Counted from the stretch's first letter, positions 37,119-47,736 are shown. The stretch: DNA of 64,000 bases from Thermoplasmatota archaeon (GCA_029762535.1 JARVGK010000004.1:17633-81632); one strand, 5' to 3'. Program-made: numbers and translations. Notes: a model not told the origin generated them from the letters alone.

Positions 37119-38900
37119 ATGAGCGAAGATGCCCCACCCAGGAAGACGCCCGTATCGAAGGCCGTGCTGCCCGTCGCGATGATGGTGGCGCTGTTCATAT
37201 TGACCATAGGGTTGGCCCTGGTGGTCGCCCCGTTGTACCTGAGACAGGGGCTCCAGGCCTTCGGTGAGGAGGGGGCGAAGAACCCCCTGATCGCCGTTTA
37301 CTACCTGGTCATGATCATATTCGTCACGGTCGTCATACTGCTTCTCAGGAAGTTCCTGAAGAGGCGCAGGCGCAATTTCCTGAAGTACGTGCTGGGAGCG
37401 GCCGTGCTGCTTTCGACGTATGCGGTCATATGGCCCCTCCTCACCGCCGCCATCCACGGACTCCCGCCGGAGTGGGAGGAGAGCACCCTGTCCCTCTCTA
37501 ACCCCATTGACGCGATCGCCCCTGACGTGCTGGTCTATCCGCACGGTTTCGGCATCCTTGAGGGGGGCGGTCTCGTGAGGATCGTCCACGCGGATAACGC
37601 ATCCACCTTCCGCTCTCTGGGCGGGTCCGTCATCGAGAGGACGGAAAGCTCCGCGAGGATCTGGATGCGGGGAACCCCATTCCACGTCCGCTGGGAGATC
37701 CCTCTATCGGAGGATGAGGAGATAACGTCGATCTCCCCCATCGAAGACGATCTGGCCATGACCATAGTTAAAGGGAATTCCTCATCGATAAAGCTCCTCA
37801 TCGAGGGCTCTTCGACCACCGTTGGATCGAACTCCACCTACGACCTACATTTCGTATCCGGCACCGACCTGGCCTATTCCGGCCCAATTCTCTACCGTTT
37901 CTCCATTGAAAACACAACGTTCAACCTCACGCTCGAACCGTACCATACGTTCGATCGCGACATCCTGTGGGCCAGGTCGGATGGGGTCCTACTCGTGTCC
38001 ACGGCGGGGGGACCTTTCCTGGAGGATGATGAGATGGTTCAGGCATCCGATACACGCTTCGACGATCCATCCCTCGTATCCCTGGCTTATGGGCCGGAAG
38101 GCTGGGAGATCGCCGCTGTCAGAGGCGGGAACCTGTTCATTATAACGCAGGAAGGGACCGATATCTGGTACCTCTCCGGGGACGACGTGATCATGGTGCA
38201 TCACAACGAACCGGGCGGCGTCCTCACATTCGTATCGGGGAGGAGCGTCGAGACCGGGACGCTCCCGAAGAGCTACAACACCGCCCCCATGCATATAGCG
38301 TCCTTCGCCATGGCATCGGGGCTCGTGGTCCTCCTCTTCATAAAACCGAAGTGGTACATTGTGGACCTCGCCGGGATCCTGATGGGAGCCGGGGTCCTGT
38401 CCCTCATCGGCATCTCGCTCTCCATACTGCCCCTGATCCTTCTCCTCGTACTTCTTGCGGTGTACGACTTCATCTCAGTTTACAAGACCAAGCACATGCT
38501 GACCCTTGCCGAGTCCGTTGTGGAATCGAAGCTGCCCATACTGTTGGTCTTCCCCATGAAGCCCTCATATCGCTACGAGGAGGAGAAGGACCTACTGGAC
38601 AGGTCCAAACCGCGTCAGGCCATGTTCATGGGATTGGGAGATGTCATAATCCCCGGGACCCTGATCGTATCCGCCTCCACCTTCCTCGCGGGCAGGGGCG
38701 GCGCGTCGGTCCTGGGGATGCCGCCCCAGATGGGGGTCGCCCTCTTCGCTCTGGCGGGGCTTTTCGTCGGTTTCTCAGGCCTCATGTACCTGGTCCTCAA
38801 GGGCAAGGCCCACGCTGGCCTTCCGCTGTTGAACTCGGGGACCATACTGGGCTTCCTTCTGGGCGAACTGCTGTTCTTCGGGAGGATAATACTACTTTAG
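37119..38900 (+). CDS. Presenilin-homologue intramembrane aspartyl protease (PSH) with large soluble insertion
   Basis: LAVYDFISVYKTKHM, MGLGD and HAGLPLLN motifs, with a hydrophilic insert of about 275 aa after TM3. Confidence 0.9.
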   Translation: MSEDAPPRKTPVSKAVLPVAMMVALFILTIGLALVVAPLYLRQGLQAFGEEGAKNPLIAVYYLVMIIFVTVVILLLRKFLKRRRRNFLKYVLGAAVLLSTYAVIWPLLTAAIHGLPPEWEESTLSLSNPIDAIAPDVLVYPHGFGILEGGGLVRIVHADNASTFRSLGGSVIERTESSARIWMRGTPFHVRWEIPLSEDEEITSISPIEDDLAMTIVKGNSSSIKLLIEGSSTTVGSNSTYDLHFVSGTDLAYSGPILYRFSIENTTFNLTLEPYHTFDRDILWARSDGVLLVSTAGGPFLEDDEMVQASDTRFDDPSLVSLAYGPEGWEIAAVRGGNLFIITQEGTDIWYLSGDDVIMVHHNEPGGVLTFVSGRSVETGTLPKSYNTAPMHIASFAMASGLVVLLFIKPKWYIVDLAGILMGAGVLSLIGISLSILPLILLLVLLAVYDFISVYKTKHMLTLAESVVESKLPILLVFPMKPSYRYEEEKDLLDRSKPRQAMFMGLGDVIIPGTLIVSASTFLAGRGGASVLGMPPQMGVALFALAGLFVGFSGLMYLVLKGKAHAGLPLLNSGTILGFLLGELLFFGRIILL

Positions 38901-38909
38901 AGGTGTGCA

Positions 38910-39626
38910 ATGACCTTGATAGTCATCGCAGGGACCCTGTTCCTGGCGGGTTTGGTGCTGGGGTCCACCCTGTGCAACCTCACCTGCGGGCCCATCCTGC
39001 TAATGCGCATGGTCGGAAGGGGTAAGGGCTGGAGGGACGGCATCGCCATGGCGCTGATATTCACCATGCCCAGGGTGTTCGTTCTGACAGCGTTCGGAGC
39101 GATCGTAGGTTACGCCGGAAGCTACGCCTCCAGACATATCGACGCCGATATCATCGCTTACGTCCACGCCGTGGTCTATCTGATCATAGCCGTGGTCATG
39201 ATCATGAACGGCATAGGGCTTGCAAGAGGGGAGAAAAAGACCTGCAGGAAAGGTAGCAAGGGTTGGATACTGTCGAGGTTCTCGGATCCGGGCAACTCCG
39301 ATGAGAGGCTGCATCTGTTCGCGCTGGGCTCCTTGTTCTCGCTCGTTTGCATCGGAGAGGCATGGGGTTTTCTGGGCATCTCGCTCGTGGAGGGCGCCAT
39401 GCAGGGGGCCAACCCCACTTCCGGAGCGCTGTTGGGCGCTTCGGCGATGCTCGCCCTCTCATTGGGTCTGACGGTCCCGCCCGTAATACTGTCCGCAATG
39501 GCCTCAGAGGCGGCGCATCGCATAGACCTCAGTGAGATCGCCAGGGCCGGAGGCTGGGTCCTGGTGGTCCTCGGCGTTCTACTGATGGCGTTCGAGGTCT
39601 ATTCCATATACTCCCTCATGACCTGA
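38910..39626 (+). CDS. DsbD_2/TauE-like (cytochrome c biogenesis/sulfite exporter-like) membrane protein
   Basis: CxxxCGP in TM1, six TMs and a second Cys (LVC). Confidence 0.65.
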   Translation: MTLIVIAGTLFLAGLVLGSTLCNLTCGPILLMRMVGRGKGWRDGIAMALIFTMPRVFVLTAFGAIVGYAGSYASRHIDADIIAYVHAVVYLIIAVVMIMNGIGLARGEKKTCRKGSKGWILSRFSDPGNSDERLHLFALGSLFSLVCIGEAWGFLGISLVEGAMQGANPTSGALLGASAMLALSLGLTVPPVILSAMASEAAHRIDLSEIARAGGWVLVVLGVLLMAFEVYSIYSLMT

Positions 39627-40008
39627 ACAGATGCGTATGGCATCGGCAGTCGGAGCAGCCGATCCCTGGGATCCCCTCATGCTCAAAAGAGAGCCTGTGC
39701 GCGGCGCCGCACTCTCCTCCTTCGGTATACGGCGTCCACCAGATCCTCCTCTCCGAGGAGCAGGCGACGATATGATCTATATGCCATCTCCTCCTTTCGG
39801 ATACAAAGAGGTGTCTGGATGCCCTGGAGCGAAGCCCCCTCTTGGCGCTGCCCACGTAGAGGTAGCTCCCCCCCTCGAATCGGACCGGACCCTTTTTTCC
39901 GACATCGATGACGATCTCGTCGGGTATGAACAGCTCCAGAATGTACACGGCGGGTTCCGCAATCAGAGGTGGCACTGCCAGCGCGAAGTCTTCTATCAAT
40001 CCCATCAC
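39616..40008 (-). CDS. DUF123 / GIY-YIG (Uri) family nuclease
   Basis: YLYVGSA, RH..RWHID, EC and GCSDCRCHTHL motifs. Confidence 0.85.
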   Translation of the reverse strand: MMGLIEDFALAVPPLIAEPAVYILELFIPDEIVIDVGKKGPVRFEGGSYLYVGSAKRGLRSRASRHLFVSERRRWHIDHIVACSSERRIWWTPYTEGGECGAAHRLSFEHEGIPGIGCSDCRCHTHLFRS

Positions 40009-41924
40009 TTGAACCGGATCGTCTCGAGGTTCATGGGGGCATATGTCGTCATGCCGTATTTCCTGTGAAGGGACGAGGAGAAGTCCATCTCCTTCATCTC
40101 GTCGCCGTGATGTATGACGACCCGATCCGGTTTGGGCTCCATCGTGGATATGTAATTGATGAGCTGCTTCCTGTCGCTGTGGCCGGAGAAACCGTCTATT
40201 GTCTCGAAGCTGGCCTTTAGATGTATGGCCATGGGTTTACCCTTCTCCTGAACGATCAGCTCGGTCAGGCCCTTCTGTATCTTACGGCCGAGCGTACCCT
40301 CCGCCATATAGCCGACGAAGACCAGACAGTTCCGCGGGTCGGGTGCCATGTGCTTCAGGTAATCCATGACTGGACCGCCGTTGAGCATGCCTGAGGTCGC
40401 AAGGATTATACAGGGTTCCGGGCTGTTCTTTATTTCCTCTCGCATCTCCCTGCTGTCAACCTTGCGGAAGAAATCGGTGAGGAACGGGTTCTCGTTCCTC
40501 TGGAATATCTGCGTCCTTAGCTGATTGTTGAGGTATTCGGGATAGGCCGTGTGTATCGCGGTCGCCTCCCATATCATCCCGTCAAGGTAGATAGGTACCT
40601 TGGGTATCTGCCCCATCTTCATCTGTTTTTCGAGGACGATCATCACCTCCTGGGACCGCCCCACGGCGAAGACGGGTACCAGGGCCTTACCTCCGCGGCT
40701 CAGCGTCCGCTGCATAACGGACCTCACCTGGTCCGCCGCCTCCTTCCTGGTGGGCTGGAAGTCCCTCTTTCCGCCGTACGTCGATTCCATAACCACGGCC
40801 TCCACCCTCGGGAACTTGTTCGTGGCCGCGTTGAAGAGCCAGGTCCTCTCGTACTTTATATCGCCGGAATAGACGATGTTATAGAGGCCATCGCCGATGT
40901 GGAAGTGGGGCGATGCCGATCCGAGGATGTGACCTGCGTTGTGCATCGTCAACCTGACGTCCGGGGCGATATCGGTCGTCTCGTTGTACTTTATCACGAT
41001 GGTGTGAAGGATCGCCTCCCTGACGTTCTCCGAATCGTAGGGGGGTCTCTTACCCTCGGCCCCGGCGACCTTGATATAATCGAGAGCCAGGAGGGCCATG
41101 AGGTCCCTTGTGGGCGGGGTGCAGTATATCGGCCCGTCGTATCCGTATTTGTAAAGCAATGGCACGAGGCCGCTGTGGTCGAGATGCGCGTGGGTCAGCA
41201 CCACCGCGTCTATGGACTCGAACGGCTGTACCTCGGACATCTGAAGGTAAGGTGAAGGATGATCATGGGACCCGACATTGACCCCGACGTCTATCAGTAC
41301 CTTTGAGTTCCTGGTCGTGAGCATGTGGCAAGCTCTGCCCACCTCCCTGTAGCTGCCCAGCGATGTCGTCCTCACCCAGTTATCATCGTCAGGGATGTCG
41401 CGGAATATCCGTCTCCCCACCTTTTTCAGGAATTCCTTCCTCTTCTCGGTGACCTGTGGGTCCTTCAGGAAATGCCTGATGTCCTTTACGCTCCGCGATT
41501 CAATGGGCGGGGTGCGGACCACCTGGGGGGCCCAACCGGTATTCTTCTTGATCTCGTTGAGGTTGGCCCCGTGTTTGCCGATCGCCAGGCCAGGTGAGAT
41601 CGCCTCTATGGTCACCTCGTTGGAGTCATGGTTGAAGGCGATATCGGTGACCTTTGCCTCCTCGGGTATTATCGCCTTGATGGCATTGACCGACTCCTCT
41701 ATTCCGAAGACCAAAGAGTCATGAGGGCGGATAGCCACCCTTCTCTTCAGTCCCTGAGCTATCTTCCTCACCAGGTTCGAATCGTATACGAACTCGTCCA
41801 TGTTCTTGGTCTGAATGACGACCACCGGACCCTCGAACTCGACGCCCGTTATGGTTATCTTGTCCCCTACGATGTCCTCGACGTCCTTCCTCAGCTTTCT
41901 GATCAATGCCTCATAGGTCAACAA
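40005..41924 (-). CDS. fttA: Beta-CASP ribonuclease aCPSF1 / transcription termination factor FttA
   Basis: Two KH domains (PGLAIGKHG), HAHLDH, AGHILGSA, ESTYG and GFSGHSD motifs. Probable TTG start at 41924 or 41921; the track starts at 41990. Confidence 0.95.
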   Translation of the reverse strand: MLTYEALIRKLRKDVEDIVGDKITITGVEFEGPVVVIQTKNMDEFVYDSNLVRKIAQGLKRRVAIRPHDSLVFGIEESVNAIKAIIPEEAKVTDIAFNHDSNEVTIEAISPGLAIGKHGANLNEIKKNTGWAPQVVRTPPIESRSVKDIRHFLKDPQVTEKRKEFLKKVGRRIFRDIPDDDNWVRTTSLGSYREVGRACHMLTTRNSKVLIDVGVNVGSHDHPSPYLQMSEVQPFESIDAVVLTHAHLDHSGLVPLLYKYGYDGPIYCTPPTRDLMALLALDYIKVAGAEGKRPPYDSENVREAILHTIVIKYNETTDIAPDVRLTMHNAGHILGSASPHFHIGDGLYNIVYSGDIKYERTWLFNAATNKFPRVEAVVMESTYGGKRDFQPTRKEAADQVRSVMQRTLSRGGKALVPVFAVGRSQEVMIVLEKQMKMGQIPKVPIYLDGMIWEATAIHTAYPEYLNNQLRTQIFQRNENPFLTDFFRKVDSREMREEIKNSPEPCIILATSGMLNGGPVMDYLKHMAPDPRNCLVFVGYMAEGTLGRKIQKGLTELIVQEKGKPMAIHLKASFETIDGFSGHSDRKQLINYISTMEPKPDRVVIHHGDEMKEMDFSSSLHRKYGMTTYAPMNLETIRFK

Positions 41925-42097
41925 ATCACTTCCCTTGGCGCTGCATAAAACATACCTTCGGGTCGGATATGCTATCGATCCCGAACGCATGTCGCGGATT
42001 TTTTATGAATAATCTTGAAATGCCATACAAGGGTCCCGATCATCGTTCGGTCCCAGGTGAATAACCAAAGGTTGTTTAGAATATGCCTTCCCAAATA

Positions 42098-42739
42098 TCA
42101 TTTGATATTTAATTTTTCCTTTCTCTTGGAGAGCTCGGCAGGTTTTACGGGGTTCCATCCGGACTTGTTGATCACAACTATGTCGTATCCGTCGCCCGAT
42201 GCCGAATCCCTCTTCATGGCGGAACGCAGCGACTTGATGGCCAGGTCAACGCCGTCCTTCGTGGTGAGGTCCTCCCTGTATCCGTCCTCGAGCATACCGT
42301 AGGCGAAAGGGGACCCCGATCCGGTGGCGCAGTACATATCGGGAATGGACCCGCCGGCCGCGTCTATGGAGAATAGATGTCCTCCCTCATCGTCCCATCC
42401 ACCGATCAGAAGCTGAACCCAGTAAGGGTAATATCTGCTGCCGGAGAGTATGTTGGCGGTGAGAGTGGCAGCGGCCTTTATCGTCATGGGCTGCTCCCTC
42501 TTCAGCCTGTAGAGCTCCGCTTCAGCTCTTAGGTACCTTGCAAGAGTCTGCGCATCCCCGACAAGGCCGGCCGTGGTCAGGCCTATATGCTTGTCTATAT
42601 CGAAAAGCTTCTGGGTGTTGGAGTGGGCGATCATGTGCCCCATCGTCGCCCTGCGCTCCGTGGCCATCACGACACCGTCCTTGCAGACGATGCCTATGGT
42701 CGTCGTCCCTGTCTTCATGAGCTCCTGCTCGTCCTTCAT
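42098..42739 (-). CDS. psmB: Proteasome subunit beta
   Basis: Propeptide ending KTG|TTT, AGLVGDAQ, TGSGS and RDSASG motifs; canonical adjacency to aCPSF1. Confidence 0.97.
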   Translation of the reverse strand: MKDEQELMKTGTTTIGIVCKDGVVMATERRATMGHMIAHSNTQKLFDIDKHIGLTTAGLVGDAQTLARYLRAEAELYRLKREQPMTIKAAATLTANILSGSRYYPYWVQLLIGGWDDEGGHLFSIDAAGGSIPDMYCATGSGSPFAYGMLEDGYREDLTTKDGVDLAIKSLRSAMKRDSASGDGYDIVVINKSGWNPVKPAELSKRKEKLNIK

Positions 42740-42870
42740 ATCGATTTCACCTCGTTGGAGATTGCAAAGAAAGCTGCTCCCCCATTTTAACCGTCGTATT
42801 TATATTTGTTGCAGGGGTGGATGGACCATGGACGTTCTAAAGGATATCCAAGATCGAGGCGGATACGGCT

Positions 42871-45800
42871 ATGAGGCATAAGTTTTATGATGTCGGACCC
42901 ATACGACATCTCATGGAATTCCGCCCCGCCGCCATAATCGCGCTCGTTCTCGTTCTGACCGCGCTCAACGTGGTCGCTGTAGGGCATCGCTCCGCGGATG
43001 AGATGGATGAGAGACCTTGGTATTTCGAATTGGACATCGACGGGGACAGGCTCGACGATCGGTTCGACCGGCTGGATCTGGACAGCGCGTCGCTGTTCGG
43101 CAGGATGGGGGTCCTTCTGCACTTCCCGTCCCTTCCTTCCGGGGAGGATGCCGCTAGGGCGCTCTCCGATCTGGAGGGGCGCGGGCTCTCCCCGGAACTG
43201 CACAGGATCGGAAGGCATGTCCCGGCCCTCTACATCACTATAGATGCCCGGGAGTATGGACTCCTCAAAGGTGTGGAATGGACGAATGAACCATCCTTCG
43301 TTGAGTTCCGCCCCCCGCAGGTGTCCATGATGGACGTATCCTCCAGGGCGGTGAGGGCAAGGCCTTCGGACCTGTATTCGCCCCTCACCGCGGGGGATCT
43401 CGGATATGACGGCAGCGGCGTGAACATCGCGGTCCTGGACACGGGCGTGGACAACACGCTGCACGAGTCGTTCCGGAGCCGAGTGGTCTACGGCGTGGAT
43501 TTCACAGGAGCGACCGTCATATACGGATTGGACCCGGACGATATCGACGGCCACGGCACACACGTTGCCGGGACCGCTCTCGGGACCGGGGGACAGTCCG
43601 GGACTTATCAGGGTGTCGCCCCCGGCGCTGGGCTCATCGACCTGAGGATATCGAAGATATACGGGGACATATCGGGGAACCTGGAGGCGGCCCTCGAGTG
43701 GCTCATAGACAATCACGAAGAGAGGGACATCAGGGTCGCGTCGATATCCTTCGGCTCCACCTCCACCTCGAGCGGAACGGATACCATATCCCGGCTCGTG
43801 AACGCGCTGGTGGAGGAGGGCGTGGTCGTCGTCGCGGCCGCCGGGAATAGCGGGGTCCAAGGTCTTCCAACCCCCGCGGCGGCGGATCTCGCCATAACCG
43901 TCGGCGCATCAAACGACCGCAACACGGTCGACCGCTCCGACGATGTTCACGAATCCTTCTCGAACAGGGGTCCGAGGGCCTCCGATGGGGACCAGGACAT
44001 GCTGGACGAGCTCAAGCCGGATGTCCTTGCCCCCGGCCGTGACATCATCTCGGCTCAGCACAACTCACTCTCTGGCTACGTGGAGATGACCGGGACATCG
44101 ATGTCCTGCCCGGCGGTATCTGGCGTTGTCGCCCTCATGCTTCAGGCCAACCCGGACCTGGATCCCATTTCCGTAAAGGGGATACTGAGATCGACCGCCC
44201 AGCAGACGATGGGAGCCTCCAGGTCCGACCTGGACCCCAAATACAACTACAGGTCCGGGTGGGGACATATCGATGCCTACGGTGCGGTCAAGAGGGCGCT
44301 GGACCTCAAGTCGGCATCTTTCACAGGCCCGGAGAAGGTCCCCGTGTCTCAGCCCTTCGCGGTCGATGTACGGGCCAACTACACGAGGACCCAATGGGTC
44401 ACGGGCGCCGAGAGCTTCACGCTGAGGGTATCATCGCCCTCTGAACTTGGAACGCCCAAGGTTGTCCAGCACAGCGCCAACGGAACCCCCCACCAGGTGA
44501 AGGGGCCCGTTCGGGATGGCCAGTATTGGATCGTCGATATCTCGATCACGGGGGAGGGCCCCATTGACGAGGCGTCACCCCGTATGGTCATAGAGTATCT
44601 CGCCCCTGCTGTGGCCGGGACGGCCTTCGATATAAAGGGGGAGGTCCTCATCGGGGGGGTCTCGACAGGAGAGGAGACCTGGACCTCGACCGCCGTCGAT
44701 GTGCAGAGACAGACGGACCTCTCCATAGTCCCGCTCGCCATTTGGTTCTCCCAGAACATCGTGAACTCGGGGGACGAGGTAACGATAAGTGCGAGGGTCA
44801 ACAATACAGGGGCCGAAGCGGAACAGGCTTTGGTCAGGATCTATGACGGTCCCGCCAGGACGGGGGAGGTAATAGGGGAGGGCAGGTACGATATACCAGG
44901 GGACGGTTACGTCATCGCCTCCTTTACCTGGATCGCGAACCCAGGTCTGCACATCATCACCGCAGTGGCCGATCCGGACAACGAGATAAACGAGCCAAAC
45001 GAGCTCAACAACTCCGCGGAGAGGCCACTGACGGTATTGGGGTTCAATCCTCCGCCCGTTGCGCAGCTCACCATCGATCCCGACAGGACAACGGTCATGT
45101 CCGAAGTGGAATTCGACGGTTCCGCCTCATACGACACGAACCCGATCGGCGGGAACGTGGTCTCGTACAATTACGATTTCGGGGACGGATCGACCAGCGG
45201 ATGGGTGGAGGATGGCCTTATTGTCCACCGCTACTCGGTTCCCGGCATATACACGGCCTCTCTGACGGTAAGGGACAACGGCGGGGCCATTAGCCAGAAC
45301 GACGCCTCCGGCACGGTGGAGGTGCTGGACCTGTCGCTCGACAGGCTCGATCTCTATCTCGACGAGGGAGGCGGTCTGAACGGGACCTACCCTTCATCCC
45401 ACGAACACCCTATCGAAGAAGGGGCCAACAATGCATTGATCGGCACATGGGCGTCCGATCCCTTCGAAGTGGATACCCAGCTGGTTTCGGTAATAAGCCT
45501 GGTCCTACACGTGTCCGGCTCTTCCAATTCAACAGGCATCGATGCGAGATTTGAGGATAGCTCCGGGACCATCGGCTCCGTCTCGATGGGACCTCACGCC
45601 GTGAATGGCGAGATAACTTTTATAGCGGACATATCCACCGAGAACCATGAGATCCGCTACGATGACGGGCTCAGGCTCGTCCTGAGCGCAAGCACGGATG
45701 GGGACGTCAAGTTGCTGATGGGGGCGGAACTATCCAGGATATCACTCTACCCGGCGCCTTCCCCCAACGAGGAGCCGGTGGCCGACGCCGGAGGGGACAT

Positions 45801-47247
45801 ATCCGTAAAGGCGCTTCAGAGCGTCCTGTTCTCGGGATCGGGCAGCGACGCGGACGGGGGGATCATATCCGCAAGATGGGACGTCGACGACGACGGTGAG
45901 TGGGAGGCGGAAGGGCCCCAAGCCATGACCTACGAATACCCGGGATATGACTCACCCGGGACCTACAGAGCTGTGTTCGAGGTCAGGGACGACAGTGGTT
46001 GGTGGTCCCGGGACACGATGATGGTGACCGTGTTTCCCTTCGACCACAATTTCCCGCCCACCATCAGCATGGACTGCCCCGGAGAAGGACCTCACTCGGG
46101 CCTGCTGGCCATCAGTGGGTCCTCCTCGGACGATGGTGAGGTCCTATACGTCGAGATATCGATCACCTACTCCAACGGAACGCCGGTCCTCTCCGGGGAA
46201 TATGCCGATGGCACATCTTTCTGGACCTACGTTTGGGACACGACGAAGGCCGCCAACGGGGATCACATCGTAGAGGCGTGGGCCTTCGACGGTCAGCTCC
46301 GTTCCGAGCCCGCGTCATGCACGGTGTCGGTGCACAACGATTTCCACTCCCCGGAGATATTGGAGGTATCGGTCTCTCCCGATTCGTTCGTGCAGGGAGA
46401 GGCTCCGGACATTAGGATCACGGCGATGGTCAGGGACATAGACCTTCCGGATGACGAGGTATCCGCCGACATAGATCTCTCATCGATGGGAGGTCCCTCA
46501 TTCGCCAGTATGAGCATCGGGGAGATGATCGGGGACGTAATCGTGTTCACTTTCGATTATACTCCTTCGGACCGAATGACGGCGGGCGACTATGCCATAT
46601 CCGTCATCGCGACGGATTCGACATCGCTCTATGATACGGGCGAGGCGACCCTGTCGGTCCTCTCCGTTCTAGATATCGACGTCCGCAGGCCCATGACCAC
46701 GTTCCTCCCGGGTGAGATCTACGTTATCAGCGTGGTGACGGACGGGTCGAGGACGCTTCATATCGAGGCCTCCTCAAGCGCCTTCACGTCCGGGAGCGTA
46801 CGACTTCTGGATGACGGGATGGATATAGATATCGTTCGCGGGGACGGGACATATACCGGCGGAGGGGAGATCTCGGGCGCATCGGGCGAGCACATAGTGA
46901 CGCTGACCGTCAGGGAGGGGGACGGGACGTTCATAAGGAACGTCACCTGGACACTTAACGTGAGAGAGCCTTTGCCTGCCCAGGAGGCGGGGTTCCCCTG
47001 GGCGATCGTCATCGGGATCCCGCTGTTGGTCCTCCTTCTGATCGCGGTGGCGGCAGCGGCGTTCATCGTTCACAGCAATGAAAGGGGATCCAGACCTTTC
47101 CCCCGACCCACCATCGGGGCGGTGGAGGCACTGGAGCTACCCCTTGAGGAGGGATCCGTCGAGGGCGAGGTGCCAGGCGTACCCGGTGAAGGCCATGAGG
47201 CAGACCACCGCGAACTGCGGCATGTCCAGACCGGCGCTGAAGAGTGA
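42871..47247 (+). CDS. Membrane-anchored S8 subtilase with CARDB, PKD and Ig-like domains
   Basis: VLDTG, HGTHVAG, AAGN and GTSMSCP motifs; CARDB (ADPDNEINEPNELNN); PKD (YDFGDG); DDG..D...DGTY module; C-terminal TM. Confidence 0.93.
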   Translation: MRHKFYDVGPIRHLMEFRPAAIIALVLVLTALNVVAVGHRSADEMDERPWYFELDIDGDRLDDRFDRLDLDSASLFGRMGVLLHFPSLPSGEDAARALSDLEGRGLSPELHRIGRHVPALYITIDAREYGLLKGVEWTNEPSFVEFRPPQVSMMDVSSRAVRARPSDLYSPLTAGDLGYDGSGVNIAVLDTGVDNTLHESFRSRVVYGVDFTGATVIYGLDPDDIDGHGTHVAGTALGTGGQSGTYQGVAPGAGLIDLRISKIYGDISGNLEAALEWLIDNHEERDIRVASISFGSTSTSSGTDTISRLVNALVEEGVVVVAAAGNSGVQGLPTPAAADLAITVGASNDRNTVDRSDDVHESFSNRGPRASDGDQDMLDELKPDVLAPGRDIISAQHNSLSGYVEMTGTSMSCPAVSGVVALMLQANPDLDPISVKGILRSTAQQTMGASRSDLDPKYNYRSGWGHIDAYGAVKRALDLKSASFTGPEKVPVSQPFAVDVRANYTRTQWVTGAESFTLRVSSPSELGTPKVVQHSANGTPHQVKGPVRDGQYWIVDISITGEGPIDEASPRMVIEYLAPAVAGTAFDIKGEVLIGGVSTGEETWTSTAVDVQRQTDLSIVPLAIWFSQNIVNSGDEVTISARVNNTGAEAEQALVRIYDGPARTGEVIGEGRYDIPGDGYVIASFTWIANPGLHIITAVADPDNEINEPNELNNSAERPLTVLGFNPPPVAQLTIDPDRTTVMSEVEFDGSASYDTNPIGGNVVSYNYDFGDGSTSGWVEDGLIVHRYSVPGIYTASLTVRDNGGAISQNDASGTVEVLDLSLDRLDLYLDEGGGLNGTYPSSHEHPIEEGANNALIGTWASDPFEVDTQLVSVISLVLHVSGSSNSTGIDARFEDSSGTIGSVSMGPHAVNGEITFIADISTENHEIRYDDGLRLVLSASTDGDVKLLMGAELSRISLYPAPSPNEEPVADAGGDISVKALQSVLFSGSGSDADGGIISARWDVDDDGEWEAEGPQAMTYEYPGYDSPGTYRAVFEVRDDSGWWSRDTMMVTVFPFDHNFPPTISMDCPGEGPHSGLLAISGSSSDDGEVLYVEISITYSNGTPVLSGEYADGTSFWTYVWDTTKAANGDHIVEAWAFDGQLRSEPASCTVSVHNDFHSPEILEVSVSPDSFVQGEAPDIRITAMVRDIDLPDDEVSADIDLSSMGGPSFASMSIGEMIGDVIVFTFDYTPSDRMTAGDYAISVIATDSTSLYDTGEATLSVLSVLDIDVRRPMTTFLPGEIYVISVVTDGSRTLHIEASSSAFTSGSVRLLDDGMDIDIVRGDGTYTGGGEISGASGEHIVTLTVREGDGTFIRNVTWTLNVREPLPAQEAGFPWAIVIGIPLLVLLLIAVAAAAFIVHSNERGSRPFPRPTIGAVEALELPLEEGSVEGEVPGVPGEGHEADHRELRHVQTGAEE

Positions 47248-47679
47248 ATATGCCCCCACCGCCATGGCGAACACGAACGAGGTCGATCCCCTGTGCATGA
47301 TCCCTCTATGCTTGAGCGGGACCAATATGGCCATGTATCCCAGGACCGACATGGAGAGGAAGATGACCGCACCCTCGCCGCCTAGGTAGAACAGGGATCC
47401 GGAGATATCACCTCTGACCATCAATGAAGAGAGGGGGGGGACAAGCGCCATGGCCCCGAGCATGGGTCCTATTATCCATCGTATCCTGCCCCTCCCGTCA
47501 AGGTCTGGTAGCAGGGATCCGAATACCAGGGAGAACGCCCCTATGGATATCGCCACAAGGATGTTTGGAGGTATGAGCGCCCCTGAGCGGTCGCCCCCGA
47601 TCCAGGGCAGCGAGGCTGACACCGCCGCAAGCGACGCGGCCCAGATCCCGGCGCTCAGGTGCAGGTCCCATCTCGGCAG
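47137..47679 (-). CDS. Membrane-bound metal-dependent hydrolase (YdjM/DUF457-like)
   Basis: H..., LPDLD, HRGIMH and HLALD motifs. The first conserved His lies upstream of the track start (47622), implying a CTG start at 47679. Confidence 0.75.
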   Translation of the reverse strand: MPRWDLHLSAGIWAASLAAVSASLPWIGGDRSGALIPPNILVAISIGAFSLVFGSLLPDLDGRGRIRWIIGPMLGAMALVPPLSSLMVRGDISGSLFYLGGEGAVIFLSMSVLGYMAILVPLKHRGIMHRGSTSFVFAMAVGAYSLFSAGLDMPQFAVVCLMAFTGYAWHLALDGSLLKG

Positions 47680-47736
47680 AGTATCCCCTGCTCGTGATTG
47701 TACACGATTAGTATATAATAGATACGGCGCCAGAGC

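Noticed and set aside
39616-40008. GIY-YIG gene as a homing endonuclease or mobile element
   Set aside because: It matches the short housekeeping DUF123 type, is coupled to aCPSF1 and has no intron/intein or terminal repeats.
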